From assembly GCA_964016885.1 (NCBI GenBank), contig OZ024740.1:400148001-400212000 (forward strand): a DNA stretch of 64,000 nucleotides, written 5' to 3'. Every line of letters begins with the position of its first letter. The stretch's first letter is position 1. The notes beneath the pieces were generated by a model that ran no database searches, was not told the DNA's origin, and saw nothing but the letters and a program-made list of their open reading frames with translations. This document shows, in pieces, positions 28,560 to 43,261 of the stretch. A program made the position numbers and the translations under genes. The DNA comes from Eledone cirrhosa (Eukaryota).

Positions 28560-29270
28560 ATGTATGGTGGGTCATGTGCTTTCTTTGTAGTGTGTGCGGG
28601 TCATGGCAGTGTAATAAGTGTGAGCTACAGAGAGCCGAGGGAGGGGAAGGGAAGAGTAAAATATAATATAATAAACGAGATAAAACTTGTTTAAAAACAG
28701 TATAGGTTGTGTGAAGGTAGAGGTGTAGTAATATGTGTATGAGAGTTAATGCTCGAATTAAAATTAGGGTTAGCGTTAGAGTTAGAGTCAGGATTATTGT
28801 TAGTGTAGTTACCGTGATCGTTCACGTGGCTAAGGTCTACGAGACTTATTGCTAGGTTGTTATGGATCAGTTGATAGTGAGCGCTTTCAGATTAATAATC
28901 CTTCATCAGACTAGATTATTCCTGAGTTGGCAAATCCATCACCTTTCTGAGTTTATGTATAGGTGTTTCTACGTGTTCAGGTAACTCCAACAGTTTAGAG
29001 TAGACAACCGTTTCCTAATAAATTGTGCCTTCGCTATTCGTATGTCTACCGTGCCTTTTTGATCCGCGAGTATTTTTGCGGCTATGCTCCTTCTACGTAT
29101 TTCTCTGTGTTGAAACACTGCGCTCGCAGGCGTAGCCTTTTGAAAATATTTCACGAAACGACAATTACAGAACCGAATACAGGAACAAATAGTTTTAAGT
29201 CATCCGCAAAGAAGCTATGATTTAAGTTAGTGTTTCTGGCCTCCTGTAAACCAATTGCGTATCCATCATA
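28560..29270 (-). mobile_element. Penelope-like element 3' end (GIY-YIG C-terminus + hammerhead pLTR)
   Basis: ORF 28969..29154 ...SAVFQH...KILADQKGTVDIRIAKAQFIRKRLSTLN (cf. SAV..H / E...I....P.LN), followed by a hammerhead. Confidence 0.65.
28875..28913 (-). ncRNA. Minimal type I hammerhead motif in a Penelope pLTR
   Basis: Minus strand tagt CTGATGA aggattattaatct GAAA gcgc TC acta; palindromic stem III (agcgct). Confidence 0.75.
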
Positions 29271-29291
29271 TTTCCTCAGCATATATGTATG

Positions 29292-29420
<129 letters not shown>

Positions 29421-30258
29421 ATTTATGTATGCATGTGTGTCAAAATAACTATGCTACAAAATAACTATGATACACGAACACACATTATTTAATATATAAT
29501 TTGAACTGGAATTTTTAAGACTTTCAAGATGTCAATGTATTTCAGTGTCTAAGTATTGACAGTGTGTATATGTTGCACATATGTGCATTTACAGCAGGAA
29601 AGTTTATATCTGTGAGTATTTCCTTTTCCGCATCCCACACACATCTCTTCAAATCTGGTTTATCAATTTTCTTATAAAATCCGCTCACATGATGTGCTCC
29701 TTGCATTTCTTTGACTCCCCTATCTCTCTCTCTCTCTCGCTCCCTCGCTCTCTCTCTTTCTTGCACGCTCTCTCTCTCTCTCTCCATCTCTCTCTCTATA
29801 TCTATCTATCTATCACGTTCACTCTCACTATATAACTTTGATAACTTTGATAGTGTTTGGCCACTATTGGCCCAGGCCATGTCTAACTTAATAGCACCAC
29901 CTAGCAATAGCACCAAAACACACGCACGCACTATTACACCCTAGAAAGACTATCAAAAAGGCTCCAATCACACACAAAATATCTATAGTTACTGAAATTT
30001 ATTTAAAATTTTTTAAAGTGATAAATTTTAACTTCGTCTCTAGGCTTTCATAAATTTTAACGTTTTCCCAACAATAATTGTATGCTACTGTCTACAGTTT
30101 TCGTTCTTTCCTCTTCTAGAACATGTAAGGTTTTTATCTATTTCTATTTGATCCATTCCGAGAAGTTATCCTAACAGGTATGGAATATATTGTTAGTCTA
30201 ACGGAATGATTGTAAATTAATTAAATGCTTTATCTAAAATCCTTATTAATATGTATGT

Positions 30259-30726
30259 ATATATATTTGAAAAAAGGAAAAGAATGACTTCACTTGTTCT
30301 AAACAATTTAATTTTATAATATTATAATTTCCCAATTTGGTTTTGTAGATCTAGTAAGTTCTTTGTTAACTTCCGTGGGGAGAATTTTTTAAAGAATCCT
30401 GGTTAACTTTCCTGGAGAACTTTCTTTTAGCCGAATCAACTATCTTAAATTTATAACTCCACCCTCAGCCCAGACACACCCAAATCTTTTACATATAGAG
30501 TCACATATCACAACACAACCTGAGATCAGTTTGACAATCGCCACCGAAGAATGCGAGAAAGTTCTCCAGGAAAGTTAACCAGGAATCTTTAAAAAAATCT
30601 CCCCACGGAAGTTAACAAAGAACTTACTAGATCTACAAAACCAAATTGGGAAATTATAATATTATAAAATTAAATTGTTTAGAACAACAAGTGAAGTCAT
30701 TCTTTTCCTTTTTTTCAAATATATAT
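30259..30726. repeat. ~165-bp inverted repeat, probable Penelope pLTR pair
   Basis: 30259-30425 is the near-perfect inverse of 30556-30726; degenerate core ccgaaga...gaaagttaac at the junction; TA tracts at both ends. Confidence 0.85.
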
Positions 30727-30752
30727 AACTCTACCAAACATTTCACACATAT

Positions 30753-30813
<61 letters not shown>

Positions 30814-31989
30814 CCGAAATTGGATAATACATCACAAACACGTTCATAGTCGCAAAGGTACAGGCACACTCACAAAAGCCTACACGTGTTCATGCACTCA
30901 CTTACGTATGTATTATTTATCCATACACATATATATTCAGAGCTATGTATCATCATATGTACGTATATATTTAAAGGCCTCTACACATACTGATATAGCT
31001 CACATTTGTATGCTTGCCATGTGAATATATTTCTAAGTATGTGTTTACATGAATTTTAACGTGTGTGTATGTGCCAATTTTAATGTACGCATTTATGTTT
31101 GAGTATATATATATATATATATATATGTATATGTGACGGCATATTATCATGTTTATTTGCGTGCGTGCTTATGCGCATGTGTCCATCTGTGTACGATTAT
31201 TGCCCGTTTTGATAAATGTGAAATTACATCCGTTTTTTAATGACCCAAGACATATATTCAAGTGTTCAATCAGTGACTCTCAGAGTTACCCTACAAGTGA
31301 TTAACTGACTTGCCATCACCTCTAAAGCTACTAAAGCCACTGCACTCTGAACAGCTGTCCAGACAAGTTGCACCAGTCATATAAATAAACAACAAAGAAT
31401 AACATACTCAACAATCTTTTTGACATTTCTTTGTGTCATATCAGGCATTGAATATGTGATTTAAGTGCTAATTCTATCAACAAAGAACTTCACATCTGTG
31501 TTTTACCCTTTTAATTAAATGAACACACAGACACACACACAAAGAAACACCGACACACACATGCACGCATGCTCACACTAATACTCACATAAATTAACGT
31601 GAATGTACTTCCGTCTGTTTTTACAATGAGTTTTCAACTGTGATGCCTGGTCCTTGATTTAGAGGTTTTTACAGACACATATACTTTAGAATTAATCATC
31701 AAACTGAATCAATTCCATTTATATGATTGTAGTATATTCTGTCTGCTGTTAGAACTGTGTATCGTGGTACAACATTGTTTTGATGATGACTTTTTGACAT
31801 GAGTTCATTCCTTGAATTCAAACAAAATGAGAGGGCGCATAATTGCAACTATTGTCATTGCAGATATTCTCTTGCATTCTACTCTTTCTTTTTCCATCCC
31901 TATTACTCTTTTACTCTTTTACCTGTTCCAGCCATCCGGCAGAGGCCATGTTAGGGCACCGCCCTTGTTGCTACACATTCGATCTCCAG

Positions 31990-32205
31990 CCTCTGTTGAC
32001 TGGAGTTTGTTGCTGCTGCCCTTAGGTTACCCTCGTAACGTGCTGTGGGCTCATCCGGGATCCTGGATAGCAGTGTGTCAAGATGTTTCTTGAAAACATC
32101 CACGTCCACACCATGCATATCTCTCAAATTACTTGACAGCTTGTAGAAGAGTTGATGGTTATGGTTATGTTTATGGTTATAGTTAAAGATCCCCATCGGC
32201 TGCAA
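31990..32205 (-). mobile_element. CR1-like LINE 3' coding end
   Basis: QLFYKLSSNLRDMHGVDVDVFKKHLDTLLSRIPDEP...RAAATNS (cf. .N.LP.......FK..LD..L..IPDEP). Confidence 0.7.
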
Positions 32206-32639
32206 ATGAACATGATTTTTGCACTTAGAAAGTTACCCTCTGAGGCATAAGCTCGAGCAAGATGCTTTCTTAGAAGACCAGTAGTGGCCCATGTATGCCA
32301 GCTGAGTGAACTGGACCAACGAGAAATAACGTGCCTTACTCAAGGACACAACACACCACTAGATCCCGGAATTTACCGCAAAACCTCAAAATTGTGAACC
32401 AAGCGCTCTAAACACTTAAACCACTTACCTTCACATATTTTGTAAATATTCTTTATATTTCTATATTTTTCTCGTTCTCTTCGCATGTATCTCTTCCCTC
32501 CATATTACGTCCCGTCTCGGCCAATGCATGCCTCGTTGTTGTTTTACTCTAATTCTTTTTTTTTCTAGATTTCTTCATATTAAAAGCAAACTGGCTTTTC
32601 TGGTTCCTAACAGAAAGTAGATTCTTAGTGATACACTTT

Positions 32640-33180
32640 TCATTATATTATAGATATGCTTTCGCTACTGATGGTGACTTGTATTATTGATGTTCTTTCG
32701 CCAGTGATAGTGAGGTCTGGCATTTGTTTAAGTTGTGTGCTATCCATACTGAAGTTTTCCCGGCATGTAGAGTGGTTGTGTTTTGATACTGTTGTTCAAG
32801 AAAACAAGGGTGGCATGAATTTTGAGGTTTTTGTTCATGGAGCTAGTGTAGATTTTGCTGGAGGTGTCTAGGCTAAATGCAGATAGAGGTTGGGTGCAGA
32901 ATATTAGTGAGAAAGGAAGGATAGTATCATTTGTGTAAACTGGGGGTTGTCGGATATGATGGCAAGTAGATTGATGATATATTGAAGGAAGGGTGTGAAA
33001 GACAAACCCGAAACTTGAGGAACACAATAATTGATTGTATCTGGGTCAGATAGAGCCTCATCAAAGTAGGCCTTAATTGCGTGATCTGATAAGAAGCCAT
33101 TGAGCTACGACGGGAAAATTCGTCAAGATAACTCGTATAAAATTGTTCCAAACCACGTTCTGAGGTTGAGGGCAACAACA
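32640..33180 (-). mobile_element. Degenerate Penelope-like fragment (thumb/linker)
   Basis: LSHPS..., LIFCTQPLSAFSLD (cf. YHP...IF..PPL.AFRR), followed by a Cys-linker relic. Confidence 0.45.
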
Positions 33181-34874
33181 CTCTTCCTTAAATATATGAG
33201 AGGAGATTTCCAATAGACCAGCCTTTATGAAAATCATACTAGTGCTTTCTAAAAAAGGAAAAAGAAAGATTCAAATCTAGAGTGTTGTTAATTAGCTGCT
33301 TTTATCATCTTTGAAATATTATCAGTATATATGATAGGAAGATAGTGAGGTCACTATTCATACGATTAGACCACACTGTAGAGTTTACCCAGAGATAAGG
33401 ACATAACACTACATACAAAAGGTAAAGAACAAAAGAGAGTGATGGAGAGAGAGGGACAGAGAAATTAAAGTAGAGGTCAGGATGCGGGCTAGATCTGGGG
33501 TGCATTGTTTGTGTGTAATGAAGTGGACACTATCAAAATCTTTGTGTGTAAGTATGTATGCACGCTGACGAAATGATGGAACGGAAAGGGTAGTTTTGAA
33601 GCAGATTTACTTATTGTGTACAGTGTGGAGTGAGATGCACAAACAGCAGCGAATGGGAAGTCTGTCTTAGAGATAATACTGTTTACAGAAACATATTTAA
33701 GAAACGAAGGAAAAGAAGGTTTACCAAAGTTATTAGAGACCTTTTCTGCAGAGAAAAAAAGAAGCGTCCAGATTGGAAAATAAGAACATTTGCGGGCAGT
33801 GCAAAGCATGGCTGCATCCGTCACGTTTTGCATGATAGACTTGCAAGAATTTCTGTGCTCGGTAAAGACTGTAGAGCTAGCAGTTGTGGGTAATTTTCTC
33901 CAAGCTTTGTAGGGCCTTACTTCTTGGCTAGACTGCAACAGCACAGTTATGATTATGTGAACTTTAGAGAGACATGTACATGAAAATGTTTTCAGACACC
34001 CCCTGGTGGGTTATGAGTGAAACACATATGCTGCTAGATAAATCAGGCACAGAACGTACGTAGCACTGACCAATCAAATGACAGCGGTTATGGGGTTTTG
34101 AAGAGGGGGACGTTGCTTATTATGTGGATGTGTGGTATGCCGCAATAAGGTAGTGGTCGTATGATCCTGTAGACACAGAGCCGGTTATGGTTTGGTAGGA
34201 GTTGGTTTCAAAGCTGAGAAAGATGTCATAATTGTTTGGAATATTTATGCCTCAGCTTGTGACGTGAGAACGGGATAAATCTAGTTGACGGAGAGAGTTG
34301 AGGATTGCGACGGTTTCTGTTTTGACGGCAGGAGTATGGGAAGAGTTTGAAAGACAAGAGTAATTGTGAGCTTTGAAGTCATAGAAGACTGTGACTTAAA
34401 AAAAGGGTGAAGTGAGATAAATATCCTAAATACCGTGAGAGGTAGAGTCGAAGACAGGGGGAGTTCGGCCAGAGGTGGGGGGAATACATACATTTGAAAG
34501 AGTGAATAAATTTGACTTTGAACTAGAATAGCTGGAAATCTTTAGTGTAGATGTCTGAATACAGCCGATTTCTTCCAGAGGAGAGGGAGAAAGAGATATA
34601 GAGGAAGTATCAATGCCAGTATCGGATGGCTATTTTTGTATCGACCTCGAAAGTATTAAAGGCAAAGTTGGCCTCCATAACTCAGATCGAATACATAAAA
34701 TATCGTCTGATATTCTGACGTTTTAACGACTCTGCCAATATACAATAGAAAATAGTAACCTAAGTAACTATTACAGAACAGCTGAACTCCCACTGTTATC
34801 GCCTCCATATCTCTCGCCCTCCTCATCTCTCCGTATGGTGAGCAAATGGAGTCCCACGTGCTGGATCACCACAG

Positions 34875-35075
34875 CCCCGGCAGACAGAATGGACAAGGCG
34901 TTTCCCTGGAGGATGGTAAGGGAGATGCGCTGGAAGAGCCATTCTGACTCGCGAGACTCATACCTGCAGCTGACCAGCTCAGCGTGAGTGAGTAGGGATG
35001 TAGCCCTAGGGCCAAGGGCAGCAGAAGTCTCCACTGCCAAGGACACAACCGCGAACCTGTCGGAGAGCACCGGTC
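34875..35075 (-). mobile_element. CRE-like (restriction-like endonuclease) non-LTR retrotransposon C-terminus
   Basis: LAVETSAALGPRATSLL...RESEWLFQRISLTILQGNALSIL (cf. P.A.ET.G.LGP.A / QR.S..I.RGNA). Confidence 0.75.
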
Positions 35076-36237
35076 GCAGTAGCAACACCAGCAACAACAA
35101 CAAGAACAAGAAGAAGCTGCATAATGTTTGAAGTTTCGCATAGTTGACTATGGTAAATAGCGCTTGCATGGTAAGGGAATATTTAAGATTAATTTCACAA
35201 AGAGAAGATAAAAAGTTTGTTATGCATGAGGTCTCACCAAAGAAATCCACCGAGCAAGGCCGCCACTTTTCTTGGGTGGGTGAGAATCTATAGATGATTA
35301 GAATGATGTTAATTCTTGGTAATTATTTTATTAATCCAGATAAAAGCAAATTCGACCCAGTCGGTATTTCAATTCAGAATGTAAAAAGACATAACTAAAT
35401 ACAGCATGTATTTTGTTTGACATTTTACCGATCTAATTAACATGTACAGTATGCCATGACTATTACTATTGTGATATCATAATCCAAGTTTAACATCATT
35501 CTATACTACATAAGGTTACTTGCAAAAAAAGCTATCTAACAACTCTTTAATCTGGCAATATTAATAAAGACATTACTTCGCCGAAAACCAAAACATAACT
35601 AGAGTTGTCACCCCACAACCAAGATCAAATTAATTTTCCTGACATGTTTCACATTCTATTTTTAATTAATCTTAATTATGAGACATTTCCGTCGCCTTTC
35701 TTGACTAGAATTAATCATTGAGCTAATAATTGTTTCTCCTTGTTACAGAAGTAATGATATTTAATTAAAACTGCTAGGCTTACTACATTAAGATGTTTCA
35801 AAGAACCTTACCATTTGGTCGTCGCACAGAACACGTCTTCCCCACGTCCTTATATAAACAAAATACTGAGCTGAAAAGCGTTTGGAGTACTTTCTCATGA
35901 ACCATGAGATAAACTCTATTGAATGTATTTTGATGAAATTCTGGAAAAGTCAAAGACTAAAAGATTAAAGATTACTTCGGTAATCTTAACCGGCTCCCTG
36001 AACTTTGAGTTCAAATTCCGACCAGTAGCTCTGTTTATAAAACGTTTTTTTTTCCATTTCAGGTAGACGCGCGCCACCATCCACTTTTCTAAAAAAACAA
36101 AACATACACAAAACGCCAGCAACAACAGTTTTGCAAGAGATGTTAACATGAATGGACCTATTATTTTTATCTAAAGACATTTTTTCCAATTCCATCCCGC
36201 CCGTCCCCTTAATCTATTTTATTTCTCATTCTTTCTT

Positions 36238-36350
36238 CTGATGAAGGACTAGCGTCCGAAACGTTAATACCCTCTTCCTGCTATATCAAGCGTTAACCTA
36301 ATATATACCTTCCATATACTGTACCGATTGTGTTGTTATTTCTGTTTACC

Positions 36351-36355
<5 letters not shown>
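36238..36355 (+). ncRNA. Hammerhead core + tail (stem I not intact), next to a (CA)n/(TA)n tract
   Basis: CTGATGA a ggac tagc gtcc GAAA cgtt; a diverged homolog with the tail tatcaagcgttaacctaatata lies on the minus strand at ~23860-23965. Confidence 0.65.
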
Positions 36356-36448
<93 letters not shown>

Positions 36449-39400
36449 AAAGATATATATATATAGGGAGGAAGAGAGATACACATATACATTCATATAC
36501 ATATATATGCATGTATGTACGTACGTATGTAGTATGTATGTGTGTGTGTATATATATATATGTATGTATATATGTATATATGTATATATGTGTGCATGTA
36601 TGTATGTATGTATGTATGAGCGTATATATATTTAATTCCTTATCTTCAGTATCTCCCACTTTATTTGTGTTCTACCTATTCTTTCTGTCTTTCTTTTCGT
36701 CTTCCATTATCTTTTATATCAACTGTTCCTCTTTATATCCCAACCAATTCACTCAAAATAATCAAATTTTACATCGGATTCAGCTGTCCTTGTAATATAA
36801 AACATAGTCTTATAGCTTTATATTGCGATTGTTCTTCCCATTGACATTATGCTTACCAAGGCATTCGGCGTTTTTCAAAATGATAAACTAAAGAAAAAAA
36901 TGAAAGGAAAAGATGAATAATGACGTTAATCGCAATTGGATAAAACCCTTACCATATAACGGGCAATTAGATCTGAAAGAGAGCGCCTCGCTTTCACTAA
37001 AAACAGGAATGTTTGCCACGCAGTCTTTCAGTTTTGCCCACCTACGTCGAAACGCATAGAAAATATAGTCAATTGTTGTAGTGGTTGTTTATATTGTTGG
37101 AGTGGTGAGGTGGGTAAATATAAATTTGTGCATGACTTCTTAGTTTGCTGGTATGTAACTATAATGTTGTTTGAAATTGAAAAATAATTCTTTATGACTG
37201 TACGAAGTACCATTTCTAGGATTCTGGTATATACAACTAACCTTGTTGTTAACCCTACCCGCTTCACTGAGTAACTATTCAAATTTCTCTTTTATTCTCT
37301 TTTATATCCCCTTATATCATATTTATAAACATAATTCAACGAGGCAAATGGTCTCATAAAGCTACTGCTTATCTCTGTATTTCCAAATGTTACCAAAGAA
37401 AAACAAATATCAGCCTGAATAGGATATAGTTATTTCACAAAATATCTGTCGTATAAAGTCATCAGCCTTATTCTCTAACTATGTAAAGTGATACATGGAG
37501 ACAGGGGCATACAAAAAGGCATATAAACTGAAACTGGAATTAAATGATTGCCTATAAATCTTTCGTGGCGATGACAGGGGGTGGGGCACCCAACTCAATA
37601 TGGCCATTTATATACAAAAGGAATATGATTAAGGAAAGGCACCTCGAACGCCTGCTGCATAAAAACAAAACAAAATGCAAAAACAAGTAGCAAAATGATC
37701 AGTTGCATATTTGATATAGTGAGTCTAAAAATGTTAAGTAAAATCACACACTTAGTGCCCAGGAAACGATTACTTTAATGACTAACTCTAGCAAACAAAG
37801 GCAAGAATGACAGTCACTATATTTAAATTAAATAAGATTAATTACATATAAAATGCAGTAACGTTTATCTAATATGTTCGAATGCCCTTTACTATTTGTT
37901 TTTCACGCACCAGACGTCCCTGGGTATTTTTTTCCCGCTCATTCTTTTAGGTCATCACGACACTCATTAGTGTTCATTCACTAAAAATCGCATCTTCTTT
38001 CAGGTCATTCTAAGATGTTGCATTATTAGTTAGTCTATACTGCGCTGATGAAGGCCAGAAAGCGTTGCCATCGAATTGGTAAAGATAAAACTGATCCCCT
38101 TGAATATTTATATATAATTAATTTTGATAAAGTTAAATTCCGAGGTTGTCTCTGCCGTCTCTTTTCACCATAGCTAGTAATTATGATTATGATGGTTTCT
38201 CACGATGTAATTTCATTTAATAATACTTGGCATTGTACAATCGTGATGTTCTCCTGCCCTCCCACTTGCCTATTTCGTCTTTAAAAAACGATCATTATTA
38301 ATGGTTTTGTATAAAGATTAATATTTCTAGTATTCCAGGAGATAAGATAACTTTTAATAAAATTTAATACAGATTTATTAGGTTTTTATTCACGAGAAAA
38401 AATCTTTCTGTAAAACCATTTTTGTTTCTTTCTTCTTCTTCGCCCACTTATTCCTGAGGGGGGCAGAGTCCTCTAATACTCCCTCCAGCGGTTCCTGTCA
38501 GAAGCAACCGTCTCCAACAGATTCGGCTTTTGTTTTTCATTGAATGTCTTAATTACTTTAGGGTGTTGGGGATTGTCTGTACGGCACAAGTTTGGGTTCT
38601 GCGACTTTTGGAAAATCGTAAAAGGTTCTTCGAAATAAATTTGGGAACCCTTGTACTAAACTATTGTTGCTCTTTTAATGCATATCGATTATATTTTAAT
38701 AGTAAATAAAGCACGTATTGTTTTATCGTTAGTACAATGTATAGAGTTGTTTTAAAATTAATTCAGAAACAGCTTTGAGCGGAGACATGACCCACCTTCA
38801 TCAGTAGCATAAACGAAATTCTTGATTTTGACATCTGTTAATGTAAACCCTTTTACTATAACCTCTCAAAATGAGAGCAGCTGCCTTGCTAGTTTTCTGT
38901 CATAACATTTGAACCTAGGATGCCTAACTAGCCGCCAGATATGTCAGTCGGCTGTTAGAATTAATGAGATTGAAGGCGCGCCGAAGCAGCGGTGACGACA
39001 GCAAGCAATTATAGCTATCATTTCATTACATCAGTTAACCAGCTCCTATTTTTTTCGAGTTCTATTATCAAATCGTAATCTGTTCGTGGTTTCGTTCTGT
39101 GAAAGCACCTACAAAAATATTTTCCGCTCACTTTCACTAATGCCTTTCCTTTGGTAATTATATAGTTTAGATGTTTTTGCGGCAATGACTAGATGTACAA
39201 CATTAACTTATTACAACGCACATGACCAGACACAACTTCTATAAACGAAAATTCATACACACATATACATACACGCATAGACATGTATGAGTGTATGTGT
39301 ATGTATATGTATTTGACTGTGTGTGTGTGTGTATGTGAAAGTAGATTTATGGATTAAATCAGGAAAATGTTCTGTTTATTTGCCTCATCATCTGAACTTG

Positions 39401-39585
39401 TTATGACGAACTAATTGATATTTAATGCGATTACACTTACAGACATAATAACCTTTTTCTGTAATGCACAATACGCGCATACCTACACACACACACACAC
39501 ACACACCAATACACTATATATATATGTGTATGTGTGTGTGTGTATTATATATATATATATTATATAACATATATATTATAAATAC

Positions 39586-39637
<52 letters not shown>

Positions 39638-39642
39638 ACGTT

Positions 39643-39729
<87 letters not shown>

Positions 39730-39793
39730 ACGTTTATATATATATATATATATATAAACACGTTTATATATAATATATATATATATATACACG

Positions 39794-39828
<35 letters not shown>

Positions 39829-39932
39829 TAATTATACTTAATTAAAATTTCTCACGAATATACATAACATCTCAACGAAAAGAGATCGTTAAGATATCTT
39901 ATTCAGAGCAGTAAACATATATAGAATATCTA

Positions 39933-40253
<321 letters not shown>

Positions 40254-40290
40254 CGTAAAATAAGAAAATTAACTTACTTACTTAAATTTC

Positions 40291-40372
40291 ACTCGCAACT
40301 AATTAGTTTCTGAAAGGGATTAAACGTACTATCCGAAGAGAGCACGGAGAAGCCTTTCGTCATCAGGGAAGT
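40291..40372 (-). ncRNA. Type I hammerhead motif (copy 1)
   Basis: acttcc CTGATGA c gaaagg...cctttc a GAAA ctaattag TT gcgagt; one mismatch in stem I. Confidence 0.75.
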
Positions 40373-40811
40373 CTATTCTCAGCTAAGTTCCCAGGCAATA
40401 CGTGGACACAGGGAACTTATACAAAAATAATTCAGTGGATGGAAAAGGCAAAGCGAGGACTAATTCCAAGCCATTGATAAAATCACTGCCTACTGCGTCG
40501 GTGGCAAATTCAAAAGAATCAATCACGTGACATCGAGGTCAATCAGTGGATAGTGGTTTGTTAGTAAGACAGCAGCCGCAACGTTACTATAGCAGCAGTT
40601 TTGGCCATTTTTGCTCGACAAATAATTTTGGAGATAATTATAAAGAATTAGTATATCTAGTAACATATATATACACAGATGCATACTTATGTTAGCAAAT
40701 ATATAGGTTTTGTCTTAGTAACTATGTGGTTCAATGCATGGGGTAGCAGAACAATAATATGAGAGACGTAAAATAAGAAAATTATAAAATTAACTTACTT
40801 ACTTAAATTTC

Positions 40812-40893
40812 ACTCCCAACTAATTAGTTTCTGAAAGGGATTAAACGTTCTATCCGAAGAAAGCACAGAGAAGCCTTTCGTCATCAGGGAAGT
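40812..40893 (-). ncRNA. Type I hammerhead motif (copy 2)
   Basis: acttcc CTGATGA c gaaagg...cctttc a GAAA ctaattag TT gggagt; 6-bp stem I; palindromic stem III (aactaattagtt). Confidence 0.8.
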
Positions 40894-40955
40894 CTATTCT
40901 CAGCTAAGTTTCCAGCAATACGTGGGCACAGGGAACTTATATATATACTATATAT

Positions 40956-41204
40956 AGAGTTATAAACTCAAACAGTCTTTTACAATTAAATAGCTCAAAG
41001 AAAGAGATATTTCTGAGCCGTGAAATACAAATTAATATATGATAAACACTAATACAAGTATATAAGTGTTTGTATTGCAAATGACCAAGTTAGCTAGATT
41101 GAAAAATACTAATTTAATTAGTATTTTTCAATCTAGGTAACTTGGTCATATGCAATACAAACACTTATATACTTGTATTAGTGTTTATCATATATTAATT
41201 TGTA
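40956..41204 (-). mobile_element. Diverged relative of the 27.8-28.5 kb element with a ~90-bp fold-back
   Basis: Minus strand acggctcagaaatatctctttctttgagctatttaattgtaaaagactgtttgagtt versus acggctggcaaatatctctttcttagagctattttgttgtaagagactattttgagtt at 27966; hairpin 41025-41204. Confidence 0.7.
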
Positions 41205-42112
41205 TATATATGTACATTGATATTAAATAAATGGAAACTATATTTATAAAACCTTATTTATTCTATTATATATATTTCAAGGGCACCAAAATGTTGGTAC
41301 GCTGTCATCAGATAAAATACAAAATGTTTTATAAATATTTGACATAACCAAGGATAATATACCTTAACGGTTCAAGTTATCCCTGGAAAGTGAAGGGAAG
41401 TGAAAAAAACAGATATTTAAAATTATTAATATGAGTATGCAAATGAGGTTTATGTAAAAGGACTGAAAAAAACGTTATTTTAGACGCTATGGAAAATTTA
41501 AATAATTATGATAAGTTATGGTATGCGTAGGAAGGAAGAAAAAGGAATAACGTTAATTTAGGGGGAAAAGATTTGTTACCTATATTATGAGTTATAATAT
41601 TGTATATATAATCAATTAGATTATATGAAGAATTATGTTTGTAAGTATTTTTATCTTATTACATTAGGATAGGTTATATGTATATAAATATCTATATATA
41701 TTTTAATAAGTTGCATATGTATTGATTGTTTATATATCACATATGAGGATGTTGAAATTGTATTTTCAAGTTGTGAGAGTAGAATAATTTCTGGATTCAA
41801 AAATGTTGTTCACCATTGAGAATGTTTTCAGAATGTTGTTAATTTAACGAAGCTATATATTATCAAACAAAAAATCGTTATGTTTTCACGATTGATAAGA
41901 GTGTTTATGTTTTCACGATTGAGAAAGGAAAAATAACTCCAATTTTGTTTGTTAACCATTAAAATTAGAGAAAAAAACTTATTATTATACTCCAGAAATA
42001 CTGTTGAGTGCTCTAAATCAATTATAAACATTTATATTTGTTGAATTACCAACAAATTGAATATCCCTTCTGCTTATATATATATGTATGTATATATATA
42101 TATATATATATA

Positions 42113-42165
<53 letters not shown>

Positions 42166-42194
42166 ATATTTATGTATGTATGTATATATACATA

Positions 42195-42432
42195 CTCTGA
42201 GCCGGTGTTACAGTAAATCCAGAGTTCTGGTGTTTCTCCAGTGCATACAATAGTCCACTACGATGATAAAAAGATAGTGAGCCCCTGTATGGATACACTG
42301 GAAGAGGAAGACCAAGGTTAACATATGTTGATGCTCTAAGGACAGACACTGGTCTGTTGGAGACGCAGGACATAGCAGTGATAATGAGGGACAGAGACCG
42401 CTGGAGAGAACTCGTCCATGGATCTCGGGAAT
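42195..42432 (+). mobile_element. RTE-like LINE 3' coding end
   Basis: EPLYGYTGRGRPRLTYVDALRTDTGLLETQDIAVIMRDRDRWRELV (RGRP / DR..WR motifs). Confidence 0.8.
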
Positions 42433-42453
42433 TTTACCTGCCCTAGATAGATA

Positions 42454-42550
<97 letters not shown>

Positions 42551-42729
42551 CATTTTCGCTCTACATGGCTGAATACAATAAATGTAATGTGAGGTTTTCG
42601 AATATCGATAATATTATTCGATTCGTTTGCAATTATGCAAACAAGCCTCATTTTTAAAACCATGTCAGTAGAATGAGCCCCTCATTCTTGCTCTTGTGTT
42701 GGCATGTAAACAGAGTTTTTCGAATATTA

Positions 42730-43025
42730 ATAATTGTTTCTACTTTTGGTACAAGGCAAGTAATTTCCCAGTGTATTACTGGTACTTTATTTTATCGAGC
42801 CCGTAAGGATGAAAGGCAAAGTTAACCTCGGCGGGATTTGAACTCAGACCATAAAGGGACCAAAGCATGGTGTCCAACTCTCTACCGATACTACCAATCC
42901 ATAATAATTATTTCTACTTTAGGCACAAGGCCAGCAAATATCCAGTACATTACTGGTACTTTATTTTATCGAGCCCGTAAGGATGAAAGGCAAAGTTAAC
43001 CTCGGCGGGATTTGAACTCAGACTG
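42730..43025 (-). mobile_element. Two tandem SINE family A copies
   Basis: tttatcgagcccgtaaggatgaaaggcaaagttaacctcggcgggatttgaactcagac occurs twice. Confidence 0.85.
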
Positions 43026-43212
43026 TAATAATGATATCCGATTCGTTTGCAATTATGCAAACAAGCCTCATTTTTAAAGCCATGTCAGTGGCTAATATGC
43101 AGTCTGACTGATCAGCCAGTCTGCTAACATGCAAATCAGGCCGATCAGTCACTGTATATTTTAGAAAGTATCATATATTGTCACTAGCTCTGACAGTTGG
43201 CAGGTATACAGT

Positions 43213-43261
43213 GAACTGTACTGATGAAGGGTATACCCAGAAACATTAGTGTCTGCAGTTC
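43213..43261 (+). ncRNA. Type I hammerhead ribozyme motif
   Basis: gaactgta CTGATGA a ggg tata ccc a GAAA ca ttag tg TC tgcagttc; 8-bp stem I; GUC cleavage after 43253. Confidence 0.85.
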
